Shown: positions 26,202-38,165, counted from the first letter of the whole stretch. The stretch: 63,331 bases of DNA, filler included, from Gonapodya sp. JEL0774 (GCA_027604505.1; 43 parts of 43 records of this genome joined end to end with filler, not necessarily neighbours in it); one strand, 5' to 3'. Numbers and translations are program-made. The notes: generated from the sequence alone by a model not told the origin.

Positions 26202-26566
26202 ATGACCTCACTCGAAATCGAGTCCGCCGATGTGATTCGGTTGATCGAGCAGTTTCTCAAAGAAAACAATCTTATCAAGACTTTTCGAACGCTTCAGGAG
26301 GAGAGTACCATCAACCTCAACACGGTCGAGAGCGCAGACAGTTTCTCGAGCTCAATAACGTCAGGTGACTGGGAAGTGGTCCTCCGGACATGCCAGCAAC
26401 TCAGCCTCCCTCCGAAGAAGCTGGCTGATTTGTACGAGCAAATCGTGCTGGAACTCATCGAGATGCGAGAAATGGCAGCTGCGAGGTCTTTGCTTCGGCA
26501 GACGGAACCCATGCAGATTCTCAAAGATTCGCAACCGGAGCGGTATCTGCACTTAGAACATTTGCT
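26202..26566 (+). CDS. SMU1: Spliceosomal WD40 protein SMU1, N-terminal LisH/CTLH region
   Basis: [36 protein letters not shown]...GDWEVVL...[46 protein letters not shown]. Confidence 0.95.
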
Positions 26567-27019
26567 NNNNNNNNNNNNNNNNNNNNNNNNNNNNNNNNNN
26601 NNNNNNNNNNTTAATTAATTAANNNNNNNNNNNNNNNNNNNNNNNNNNNNNNNNNNNNNNNNNNNNTTGTTCTTAGTTTCGCGAATATCGGTTGCTCCAT
26701 GGTGCTGAATTTCAAAATCAAATAATCTCGCACAAATTCAAACGATATATAGCCAAATAATGAGACAATGCGTGGGCGGCAGTTTGTTTGGGGCATACTA
26801 AGTGCTCAGCTGAACAGACCCAAAAGCACTTCTGCAGGCTGTAGCTCTGTTGGGCGAGCAAGTGTGATCTTCTTATGAGGTACATAGTTAAGGTTCGCTT
26901 TACTTGGCAAGGGAAAAGTGTGGGCGATTCGAGTAAATTACTGGCGCTAGTATAAAATTGGCCTCTAACATAATTTCAAACAACGCTTCTATGCAATGAC
27001 GCTGATTACAGATTTGGTG

Positions 27020-28044
27020 TCATGCCAAGCCGCCCGGTGCGTTCTTAAACGCATCGAATGCGTTGTTCAGGGTTCCAAAAACGGCATTTGCGATCAACTT
27101 TCGCTCAGTGCTTGTGTCGTTGCCCAACTAGACACGAGAGAAGAGGGGAAAGACCGCGAGAGTAAGAGAGAAGAAATGGATTTGCATTAACGAATCGCAG
27201 TACACAGAGGGAAGTGACTCGGGCGGAAAAGCATGATAACAGCTCAATGCAGTTCGCAGCAGTGGTCCGTTGTTGATGATCCCTTGCAAGCCCTCCGTCA
27301 TTCCGCTTTTGATAGATAGCCTCACCTTATCAGGATGCACCTTCGCAATGACCTTCATGTATCTTATCTTGACCTGGTTGGGTGTAATGAGTTCCGAGAG
27401 AGCAACATTCTTCACACCCATTTCAGCAGGGAGGATCATTTCCAGAGACGCAAGGAGTGCGCGGATGTTGGTTTCCTTACTTCGCCGCCACGCAAGAATC
27501 TAGATGGTCGGGTCCAAAGTATAATTCTAGGTTTCATATAAAAAGGGCAGCAGTCGGTTTGAGGAACATACCTTTGCATCCACTGTGTCCTTGAGTGCGA
27601 ATTTCTCCTCCTCTTCTGCGTTAGCTCTGAGTTCTCGTTCTCGGTGGTTTTGCAGAGCCTCACCGGCGTTCAGGGTCGGTGATCTATAGGTTCAGAAGAC
27701 GAACGATCAATAATCATACTTTATAACACGAGCAAAACAGCGTCCAATCACCCGCTCGATCCCCCAACCCTGCTCGAAGTACCAAGTCCGAACCCAAAGT
27801 CCTCCAAACCGGTTGATATCGCCGTTCCTGGCGTCGGCCCTCCACTAGCGGTTCCCACAGCTGGCGGGCCGACCAACAGGCTCGCCAAATCATCCACCGG
27901 AGCAACCGAGGTACTCGGTTCCGGCTTGGCCTGCGCAGGCGCTTTCTTGACCAAAGGTACGACATCTTCCTGTCCTCCCGCCGCTGTCCTCATAGCTTTG
28001 CTCGTTCTCGCTATTCCGTCTCGAGCCTGTGCCATTCCGGGCTC
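27020..28044 (-). CDS. Auxilin-like (Swa2-type) clathrin-uncoating J-domain protein, C-terminus
   Basis: KETNIRALLASLE.ILP...VALSELITPNQVKIRYMKVIAKVHPDK...MIANAVFGTLNNAFDAFK. Confidence 0.88.
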
Positions 28045-28144
28045 NNNNNNNNNNNNNNNNNNNNNNNNNNNNNNNNNNNNNNNNNNNNTTAATTAATTAA
28101 NNNNNNNNNNNNNNNNNNNNNNNNNNNNNNNNNNNNNNNNNNNN

Positions 28145-29445
28145 GCAAGGAAAATACGTCGCTCGCGTGATGTTCAGTTTTTCGAAGAAGCATTCTTACG
28201 TTCTCACTATTTACCTCACTCTGGTCATTCTATGCCCAACGAAAATGACTCTCCAACAATATCTGATTTGAAAGGAAAAGGTCCTGCATTTCAACTGCAC
28301 GGAAATCCTGTACCTGTTTTTCCTCCACTTCATCCGCTTCAATCTGTCAAATCAACTGCTATATTGATTCCAAAAACTACTCTGGATCCCAATTTGACAG
28401 TTGAACTCCCGCCACGCCCTACTTGGGTCAAGTCTCTACTGCCGAAGCCTGTGCCAGCTGCTCTTATTCCTAAGACGAAGAAGAATCCTGATTTGATTGT
28501 TGAAATTCCCGTACGACCGTCCAAATTTGCATCTCTTCTACCCAAGCCAGTGAAGATTGCTAAAACTCAGTCCAGTGTTCAACCTTTAAATTCTGCTGAT
28601 ACTGATTTTATGGACTTACCTGCCAGGGGGAGTTCTTCTGGCACTGTCGGCAATCAGGGGGAGAGCTTGCAGATAACCGATGTTGACACTGGGGAAAAGT
28701 TGACTCAATTTCAGTTGGAAGTCCTGGCCCAAAGTCCAGATGAACTGACAGATCATCAATTTGATCCACCAGCTTATATCAATGTTGCTGATAATCATGA
28801 ATGGATATTACTACAGACCCAGGACAAAGTCACTGCTCCAAACACTTATAAAGAGGCCATTGCGTCTGAATATAAGGATTATTGGGATCATGCAATGCAG
28901 AATGAATTTAATCAGCTGAATGAGTTTGGTACTTGGAATCTAGTACCTATTGAATCTGTTCCTAAAGGTCATCCTATTCTTACTGGGAAATGGGTCTATG
29001 CTGCCAAAGAACTAGAAGATGATAAGATTCGTTTCAAAGCACGTTGGTGTGCTCGTGGATTTACACAAAAGTATGGCATCGATTACAGCCAAACTTTCGC
29101 AGCCACAATGAATGGCAAGTCTGTCAAGATTCTCTTAGCTTTGGCCGCAAAGGACGGTGATGAAATTCTACAATTTGACATTGGAAATGCTTTCTTGAAT
29201 GGTGATTTAGTTGAAAATGTTTATATTGAACAACCACATGGATATGTGTGCAAATTACGCAAATCTTTATATGGGTTGAAGCAAGCTGCAAATGTTTGGC
29301 AGGAACTATTTATCAAAACTTTAAAGGATATGGGATTTTGCCAACTTGTTTGTGATAACGCTCTGTTTGTTCGTGCTCCAGATGATCCCGACCAGCGCAT
29401 GATGTGTGGCACGCATGTTGATGATGGTTTATGCATTGCCAAGAC
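28145..29445 (+). mobile_element. Ty1/copia LTR retrotransposon pol fragment (end of integrase region, linker, reverse transcriptase), truncated
   Basis: SRDVQFFE, PNTYKEA, AMQNEFNQL..GTWNLVP, KWVY, FKARWCARGFTQKYGIDY.QTFA, QFDIGNAFLNG, KSLYGLKQA, HVDD. Intronless and AT-richer than the gene contigs. Confidence 0.96.
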
Positions 29446-29521
29446 TGTTGAGATATGGGTGGTTTGACATTTCGGATGGCTCTAGCGCCACGGGGAGTTG
29501 GAATTCTGGGATAATGAATGG
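29446..29521 (+). repeat. Start of a dispersed repeat (TGTTGAGATA..., probable LTR end), about 88% identical to 44039-44114
   Basis: 9 mismatches in 76 bp by hand alignment. Both copies begin at TGTTG. Confidence 0.75.
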
Positions 29522-29621
29522 NNNNNNNNNNNNNNNNNNNNNNNNNNNNNNNNNNNNNNNNNNNNTTAATTAATTAANNNNNNNNNNNNNNNNNNNNNNN
29601 NNNNNNNNNNNNNNNNNNNNN

Positions 29622-30997
29622 AGGATGATCCCACGTAATTTCGAAAACTGGAGGAAAAGTCATCTAGTTGGTGGAGGCCGATACAAGAGTACGAATTAGG
29701 CTCACTCCACCATTTCTGCAATGACAGTCCATCGGTGTTCACACCGCCACGGTGAACCGCAGCCATCACTGTCCAGAGTCTTAGAGGCAGAATCGAGTGG
29801 CGGGCCTTGATCTGTGGTTGTGAAGTTGTAGCTTGAGAGAACCGTGACTCGACTCCCATATGGTTGAGCGAGGAGGAAAACGTGGGCAAGAAGGTAGGCG
29901 TTGTTGGGACTGTCAACCTTGATTGTCTTTCCGGCGGAGTCGCGCTCAGTGTCATGGTTTCTGCGGGTACAGTAAAAGAGGATACTCAACTCAATTGAAG
30001 AAGAAGTGTACGCTTGTACTCACGCGACAAATACAACAGCATGATCCGATGGGACCCATCCAGGTTTTGGCCATTGCAGCAATCCCGAAAGTGATCCCGC
30101 GTTGACGAATGAACTAAAAAGATCGTAACATGCCCGGAACTCGTGTACACTTCCCACTGAGGTGTACATAGAAGGCTTCACCGCTTGCAAATCATCAGAG
30201 TTCACCTCTTGCACTATGTAAGGCCGAGGAGTGACCATTGCAATTGTAGTGTTGATATCCACTGGATTCATGTGCTTGGCTGCGTCAATGCGGAACCCGC
30301 TGACACCAAGAGACATCAGATCACTGAGGTAAGCCGCCTGCTTCAATCGGACGTAGCTCGTTTCGGTCTGAAGGTCTACAAGACTTGAAAGTTGACAGGT
30401 CCAAACAGAGGTAGCGTTACTGTAGTTTATGGAGCATGGTGAGTGGAAGTCACTTGACGAATATGGGACAACGGGGTAATTGTAGCTCGAGAAATGCTTC
30501 GTTCATTCGTCAGAGGAAAACTTTTGCATCGAAATGTTCAATTGACACCCACGCTTCCTGCGATGCCAACTCCAGAGCTGCCACCACTCCCTGACACTGG
30601 GTAGCCTCCAAAATATTCTTAATAGTCCAACCGTATCCGCGAGCTGTCAGAACTCACTGTGATTGATAACCGCATCCGCAATTATTCCAATTCCAGATCC
30701 ATTGCATAACTTCACCATGTTTGCGAATTGACTGCGTGTGCCACGCTTCGACTCGATTAAGTATGATACTGGCTGATAGTCTGTCCACCATGGTGTTCCT
30801 TGGATGTGTTCTTGCGGTGGTGACACTTGTACATAACCATAACCAAGCAGAGCCAGGCGAGAGCATTCCCGACCCACAGAATCCTGAAACCAGTGATACA
30901 TCAGGTATCTTCACGCAAAAAAGGTGCGAAACTCAATATACCCAGTTCCATTGAAACAATTGTACAATAGTGCTGTTCACATGAGTGGGGATCGACG
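29622..30997 (-). CDS. Alpha-amylase, GH13 (actinobacterial/animal-type, GH13_32-like), multi-exon internal fragment
   Basis: VQLFQW, GYGYVQVSPPQEHI..WWTDYQPVSY.I.SKRGTR.QF..MV..C, DAVINH, GVSGFRIDAAKHM, YIVQEV, VFVA-NHDTER, AQPYG, WRCEHRW. Confidence 0.93.
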
Positions 30998-31123
30998 NNN
31001 NNNNNNNNNNNNNNNNNNNNNNNNNNNNNNNNNNNNNNNNNTTAATTAATTAANNNNNNNNNNNNNNNNNNNNNNNNNNNNNNNNNNNNNNNNNNNNGCT
31101 GAGATCTTCTTGTACCCTTCTTC

Positions 31124-32473
31124 ATGTTTCCTTCGAGCTCATCCACTGACGACCTGATGGAGCGGCCATCGGCGTCCAATGAAGATGAAATCCGTCTTGC
31201 CCGGGTACGTGGCTTGCGGGATCGCATGTAGACTCTTGGACTAAACGAGCTCACCAAATAACAATCCACCGGCGTCATGTCAGATGGGATATAGACAAGG
31301 TGAATTTCATGCTTGCGCTGGAGAAGCTGTTTGGTTTCAGGTGGCAACGTGCATCCTTGCTCCTCTCCCTTGACAAACACAATCCCACCGCTTTTACATC
31401 GCCTTTGATGGCAGAGTTCAAAAGGGATTTTTCACTCATGTGAGCTCGCGAACTTTCAAACCTCCGGCAACCAGGGTAAGCTGAAAATCCTCTTATATCT
31501 CGATATTGGTCCCAACGGTGGAATAAGCCACAACTTTGGTATATCGCTTTCGCATATTACCATTCTGTAAGTCGAATGGGGTTAGTGCGTCAAGTTTCCT
31601 CGCTTCACTGACTGTAGTACTCGTTCAAGTGGAACCATTGGTGCTCTCTTCACTTTTGGTCTTGGCTACGGAGGCCCAGCTGGTGTTGTCTGGGGCTGGG
31701 TCTTTGTGAGCATAATGTCCCTCTGTGGTGAGCGGCGAGGAAGTGTTTCTCTCAACTGGTCCCATCCAACCACTACCCTTTCGTTACGCTGCGACTTGCA
31801 GTCGGCTGCTCAATGGCAGAGATTTGCTCTGCCTACCCGACAGCGGGCGGCCTTTACTACTGGTCTGCGAAGCTTGGAGGCGAACTCTTTGGTCCAATTT
31901 TTGCGTGAGGCGATCCATCCAGAGTGTACTTAGTATGAGTTGATCCCTGAACGTGATGTGGTGGCACTTTGTTCTTCTCGAACAGATGGTTTACCGGCTG
32001 GTTCAATCTATGTGGAGATGTTGGGTCTTGTGCTGCAGGTGGCTTTTCTGTTTCCACCTGCGTCTTCTCCTGTGTGCTAGGTGAGAGATTGTTGACCAAA
32101 CATGCAGCGTCATATACCGTTTCTCGTCTCACAACGTATCCCTCATCAATCACAGTGTACAACCCAGACTATGAGCTCACACAATGGAAAATGGCTTTGC
32201 TGGGTCTGCTGGTCAACTTTTCGTGGGCTCTTCTAAACTCCTTCGATTCACGAATCATCGCGAGAATTTTGGAATTCTGTAAGTTCTTTGAGATGACCTA
32301 AAGATTATCAAAATAAGGTCTCATGCTCACTCATGTAGCTGTAGGAGTTCACACCACAGGACTCGTGAGTTGCGTTACAGTTGAAGCTCCGAATCCGAAC
32401 GTCAGTCGCTAACACTCACTCAATTGTCGTCAGATCGCACTTATGATTATTCTGCTTGCTATGACACCATCAA
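31124..32473 (+). CDS. APC-family amino-acid/GABA/choline permease, 5' part
   Basis: DEIRLAR-MGYRQ-EFKRDFSL, GLGYGGPAGVVWGW, EICSAYPTAGGLYYWS, WFTGWFNLCG. Confidence 0.92.
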
Positions 32474-32573
32474 NNNNNNNNNNNNNNNNNNNNNNNNNNN
32501 NNNNNNNNNNNNNNNNNTTAATTAATTAANNNNNNNNNNNNNNNNNNNNNNNNNNNNNNNNNNNNNNNNNNNN

Positions 32574-32961
32574 GGGGAGAGGCGCGGAAGGTGGAGTGGG
32601 GCGCGGCGAAGAGCGATCTGAGCTATTCAGCGCAGCACTTAGCCAGCCTCAGATGGAGGACGAATGCAACTCACAGGACAACGATCGTTACGATGAACCA
32701 GAACGCTGAGTACCCGAAATTGAACGCGGAGAGCGCCAAAATCTTCCAGGGGGAGAGGAACTGAGATTCATCGACTGCGTGATGGGTGTGTTCATGGTCG
32801 CGGTCGGATTTGCGAGCGTGTGGTTGGGAATGGAGCGAATTTGAGAGAAATGGGACCGAGGAAGAGTCCGATTCGAACGGGGACACAGTCAGTTCCATGT
32901 CCACGTCCACCTCCAAGATGTCGTCATCGTTATGGAGACGATGTGCAGAGTTGATGTCCAT
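32574..32961 (-). CDS. Probable MFS-type transporter, N-terminus
   Basis: Acidic/His-rich leader, then LSPWKILALSAFNFGYSAFWFIVTIVVL as first TM helix; GTGAGT donor follows. Confidence 0.5.
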
Positions 32962-33086
32962 GTAATATTCACAATGGTGGGAGCGAGTTGGGAAGAATTA
33001 TATCCGGCTAATTAGAACTACCGCCGATCCGGGAGCCACTTCTTGCCCCCCGAAACCGCCACTCGCGTCGAAGATTTTTCTTCTCC

Positions 33087-33949
33087 ATGTTCTCTTTCAA
33101 GTCCACCGTATCCACACCTGCACCCTGTGGTTGCACCGACCACGGGTCGTTCCCTCACAGGGAAGAGTGGGACTTTCCGCGCATCGACAAGCGAAGGCTG
33201 TTCGAAACGCAGTTCGGCCTGATCCAGCCGGAGACGCCCCAGGATGGGGAGTCGGAGAATGATGTGCACCATAGGAGAGGCGGGGCGATGGGAATGATGC
33301 TGAAACGAAACGGTTGGTGGTGGAGTTACATATCTGCACAGAACCCCCGATCTTTTGAACGACTGAATCGAGAGTGTCACAAACGACCCGCAAATAGTGG
33401 AAACACATTCGTTCCGTGTGCTATCAGACTGGGATCCCCTATCGGACGCCAAACAACCCATCACGGGGTCCAAGAGACAGTTCCAGTGGACATACAAACT
33501 CAAGGTCAAATCCGTCGCCGGTGTGAAACTTCCCATCCCGGATGAGTCCCGCATGCTGATGGTGAGTGATTCCCTGTTCACTGGAGGGTAGCGCTAAGAT
33601 GTGGAGTTGAATCGCACCTAATACGTTGGTCCGCTGAAAATGTCGAAGGACTTTGAAATGCTCAAATGTGACGAGCAGTGAGTGTTCCCGCCGTTCGCAA
33701 AACAAATTAACTTAGTCTCATTTGTCGTTATTTGTGTTGTGTTTACACAATCCAGAGCCATCTCTCTGGTCGCCCTGTCCAAACAACTGGACATCCCCTA
33801 CGGGGATCACTTCATCACCCACGTGCGGTTGTGCTTCACCGAAGCCCCCTCTGTCGATAATTTGTCCACAGTAGTGACAAAAGTGGTGATGCTGATGAAA
33901 GTGGACTTTGTGAAGTCGAGCTGGTTGAACTTTGTTACAGGTACCGTCC
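33087..33949 (+). CDS. VASt/StARkin (LAM/GRAMD1-like) lipid-transfer domain protein, 5' part
   Basis: PCGC..H, LSDW, KRQFQWTYKL, DIPYGDHFITHVRLCFT, VDFVKSSWL. Confidence 0.75.
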
Positions 33950-34633
33950 NNNNNNNNNNNNNNNNNNNNNNNNNNNNNNNNNNNNNNNNNNNNTTAATTA
34001 ATTAANNNNNNNNNNNNNNNNNNNNNNNNNNNNNNNNNNNNNNNNNNNNCTTCCCCCTCGTGCTGGGGTGGATCGCTGCAGTTGGCGCCCGCCGAGCCTA
34101 GGACCTGCAGCTAGGTGGCTCGACACAGTTCTCATTCTCGAGTCGACTCTGAGCAGATGCGCTGCACTGAACGGGTATTCGGCCGACAACTGTAAATTAC
34201 GCAATCTAAATTTATGGTCCTTATCTGGCTCGCAAAAAGATCTTCCTGGTGTATGCAGACGATCCTCACAAAAAAAAAACACAAAACTTATAGAATAATA
34301 CTGCAGATATTCTAGAGAGAATAAAAAGACTCGTTTTCCCAGAAGAGAAGCTGTGTGGCGAAAAACAGCCGCGACATACATGATAGTCCTGCGACGCCTG
34401 TGCGAACGCAAATCGTCACGATCACGCTCGGCTCGCTTCAAGCTGGAGTATCGTGACGTCCGAGTGCGCCTCTTCACCATCCACCACCACCACCAACTCG
34501 GCCACATCCATCCCACCACGTACTGCCTGCAACTGTACCTGCTGATGATCCGCCCCGTTCGAATTCCCTTGTCCCACCTCGACCCGATTTTCACCGCTCG
34601 CGTCGATCCCCTCAGACGGTCCGACCGTCACCG

Positions 34634-35425
34634 TCAATATCGCCGGATCAGACATCGCCATCGCCACCGCCATCGCCATCGCCTGCCCTTGCCCTCGTGT
34701 TTGTCCTTGGCCCGCCCCTCTGGAATATCGTCCAAGTGCACCGAACATATTGCGCAGTCGGATGCGGTCGAAAGGGCGTGCGGGCGCAGGTGATGTGGGT
34801 GGGGCTGCGGGTGTAGAACGAGATGGAGCTGGTGGGGCCGGGCATACATATATGCACCGTGTGAAGGTGGTTGAAGGAGGGGGTTTGGGTAGGTACGTGT
34901 GAGTGAAGGTGGAGGTAAGCAGTTGGCGTTGATCAACGTCACACGCACGGAACAGAACACCAGCTTACCCGCACTTTCGCCCTCCCCCGCTCCCTCCCCC
35001 CCCTCCTTCCGCGCTTGTGCCCCCGCCGTCAAATCCATCCTACAAACGGGACACACACCCCTCCATTTGACCAACCACTCGTCGACACACTGCACGTGGA
35101 ACTCGTGGGAGCATGGGAGTTTGCGAAGGGTGGTGCCGGGGATTCGGAGCGGGGCCAGGCATATGGCGCACAAGTTGGACTCGGACGGGGACGTGGAGAC
35201 CGTGGAGACCGTGGAGAGAACAGAGGCGAACGAGGTGGTGCGGTGGACGGGGAGGGCGGTCGGGTGGTTCGTACGGTGGGTGGCGGTGGGTTTTGAGGGG
35301 ACGCGGTGGACCAGGAGGGATTGGAGGCGGGCAGGGTCCACGGTGGTGTCTGGGTGGCGCTCGATGGGTCCCCAGACGAGAGATCGGTAGAGGACGGGGT
35401 TTTGGACGCGGAGGTGGGCGAATTG
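34634..35425 (-). CDS. RING-H2 E3 ubiquitin ligase, C-terminal fragment
   Basis: CAICLAPL...LRKLPCSHEFHVQCVDEWL...CPVCR. Confidence 0.88.
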   Translation of the reverse strand, partial: QFAHLRVQNPVLYRSLVWGPIERHPDTTVDPARLQSLLVHRVPSKPTATHRTNHPTALPVHRTTSFASVLSTVSTVSTSPSESNLCAICLAPLRIPGTTLRKLPCSHEFHVQCVDEWLVKWRGVCPVCRMDLTAGAQARKEGGEGAGEGESAGKLVFCSVRVTLINANCLPPPSLTRTYPNPLLQPPSHGAYMYARPHQLHLVLHPQPHPHHLRPHALSTASDCAICSVHLDDIPEGRAKDKHEGKGRRWRWRWRWRCLIRRY

Positions 35426-35525
35426 NNNNNNNNNNNNNNNNNNNNNNNNNNNNNNNNNNNNNNNNNNNNTTAATTAATTAANNNNNNNNNNNNNNNNNNN
35501 NNNNNNNNNNNNNNNNNNNNNNNNN

Positions 35526-36207
35526 GTTCATCGAGTGGTAGTACAGGGGCGACGTTAGTGGAGAAGGGGAGCGAAAATGGCGTGAGAGGGGTGGAGAACG
35601 GAGCTGGATCTAGACAATGTGCGGAAGAGGGTGAGAGTAAGCAACGGCAAGAAGGGGAAGGACGTATTGAGCCGAGAATGGGCGGTCGAACAGGATCCAA
35701 GATATCGGATAGTGTTGTTGGGGGACTCATAGGCGCAGTGAACTCCCACTCGCAACTGCATGACGGGAACAAACACCTTCGCCATCCCGATCTCGCCCCC
35801 GCTGCCGATCTATCCACCGCCCCGTCTCGTGTCTCGGGCACATCGTCCGCCGTTCACTTGTCAGCACCCACGACCAACTCCAATCCTCGCCGTCCCTCAC
35901 ACATACCTGGCGTGGGATGGTGTCTGCGCGCCGCTGATGGCCATTTCACAATGTTGTTCGACGACGGAGTGGAGGTACAGGTGGAAGCAGGGTCGCAGAG
36001 TGTGGTGTGGAGGAATGTAGATGGTAGCGGTGAGGAAGAGAGGTATGAGATCAGCCGCAAGGTCCCAGCGAAGGTGAAGGAGAAGTTGAGGTTCTTTGTC
36101 CAGTGAGTCTTTGAACGCGGGTGTTACTGTGAATTTCCGTCCATCTAACTTCATCACGTGCTGTACTGTTTTGTTGCGCCGTCAGGTTCGTGCAAAGTGA
36201 GGTGTGA
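35526..36207 (+). CDS. PLK4: Polo-like kinase 4 (PLK4/SAK)-type C-terminal polo box PB3
   Basis: HIPGVGWC....GHFTMLFDDGVEVQV......VVW.......RY.....VPAKVKEKL matches the PLK4 PB3 pattern VGW...G...FNDG..L.V...RY...LP..IK.KL. Confidence 0.75.
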
Positions 36208-37000
36208 CTTTCGCCGACCATGTGTTATGCGTAAAAGCTTTGTCCCTGCCATACATCTGGGGACCTCGGTGTGACTTGAGCGAATGGCGGGGTTAATTTA
36301 CATAAATACCACATCAGCTGACAGCTGATTTGTAGCTATTGTGAATATATTGAATTTTTGATCACTTTTTTGTGAAGATCTATTGCGACGCATTGCTGTG
36401 TTAAGGCGCCATTGGTAGTGCACGTATTCGGGCCATTTGACATTATGTAAACCGTCACTCAATCAGAGTCTACCACAGCGGCTGCTCATATCGGTGCTTA
36501 TTTCAATCGCTTAAACACTGGGTTGAGTGATTCTGGTATCAGAACCGAAAGGGCCAGCCAATGTTGGGACAAATGTTTCTACACTCACCATAGACGTACG
36601 CGTCTGCGACTGGCGGGTTTGTCGCATGTACAACCTTTTCGTCGTTGAAAAGCACCCATTTACCCTCCTTCCAAACGTGCGCTACATAATGACCAGCGTG
36701 CACCGAGGAACCCTTATGGTTTATGAAGGAGACCAGTTGGAACTTGGCGGGGGCGGTGTCATGCTCTGGTCAACTAGATGGGTCAAAAACAGCACATACG
36801 CTTTTAAGTGAAATCAATCGGGGCCTATGAACGTACCGGGTTCGGCAGGAGTGGCAGCCGTGTTGACCTCCGCATTCGAATCATCACCTGGATCGTCAGC
36901 NNNNNNNNNNNNNNNNNNNNNNNNNNNNNNNNNNNNNNNNNNNNTTAATTAATTAANNNNNNNNNNNNNNNNNNNNNNNNNNNNNNNNNNNNNNNNNNNN

Positions 37001-38165
37001 TCGATGCGCCCAAGACAACTGCGACTGGCTCGTCGGGGAGGGCTTCAGCAGCCCCTGTTGCAGCTCAGGGTGCTGTGGTCACTGTGCAATCCCCAACCCG
37101 CACGGCGACCTCAGGAAGTGCGCAAAACACTGGCGCACCATCGCCTTCGGCCCAAGACACCGGTAGTGAGGTCATCTCTACTGATGGAACACCGGCTGAG
37201 CCTGCAGACGTCACGACGACTCAAGCAGCTCCCCAAGTCACGGTGGTTCCGACGACCACAAGAAGAACAACCACTCGTGCGCAGACAACAACGACAGTGC
37301 CGCCTCGTGAGTCTTCTGGTGAATGTTTATGAGGGAAGGTACAATACTAACTTAAAAGAACGGTGATGACAGCACCTCCGCCTCCACCTCCGCCACCTCC
37401 GCCCCCTCGTGAGTGTACGAGGCATTTTCCCCACCGACTTTTGCTAATCTTCAAAATTCTCCAGCTCCGCCGCCGCCACCTCCCCCTCCGCCGCCACCTC
37501 CCCCTCCGCCTCCACCTCCTCCGCCCCCCCCACCACCCCCACCCCCGCCGCCGCCTCCCCGTGAGTTTGTCTTTCCAGCCACACAATATCAGGTGCTGTG
37601 CTAATTTTGCTCCTGCTAGCTCCTCCCGCGTCGAGCCCTTCCGGTGAGGTATTCAACGGCCGGTTGACGTACTACTATCCAAACGTAAGAACAACATGAA
37701 ATGTAGATCTGCTTCCTTTATCGAATTCTCACGCCTTTATGTCGCTTGTAGGGAGGAGAAGGCTGGTGCTGGACTCTTGGTGGTATTTCAAACTCGGAGC
37801 GTGCCATTGCTCTGGTGAGTCATAATATAACTTTAGCACAAAACAACACTCACCCACCGCATCGCTTGTTCGATTCTCAGACGTACCTCCAGTTAACCAA
37901 AGATTGGTGCGGTGCCAACATTTGCATCCACTACGCACCCACCGGGAGGACCACGACTGCGGTCATCAAGGACATGTGCCCCGATGCCATTTGCGAGTAC
38001 GGCCACATGGACACCACTCCTGCGGTGTGGGACGCTCTCGGCATTGATCTCGGTGTGGGGCTTGTCACCAGTGGAGTTACAGTGAGTGGCCTATTTACCT
38101 CGGTGATATTTCCGAGACTACAACTTATCGGCTCTATCTTCTTTCGGTAGTGGTGGCGATGCTAA
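37001..38165 (+). CDS. Expansin-related/loosenin (RlpA-like double-psi beta-barrel) protein with Thr-rich and polyproline linker, 3' part
   Basis: FNGRLTYY..GGEGWC...AIAL, WCGANICI, TAVIKDMCP..CEYGHMDTTPAVWDALG. Exons join in frame across GT-AG introns; stop at 38163-38165. Confidence 0.85.

Noticed and set aside
34660..34780. Second CAIC motif after the RING domain (minus strand, about 34660-34780) as a second RING
   Set aside because: The remaining Cys/His ligands are absent.
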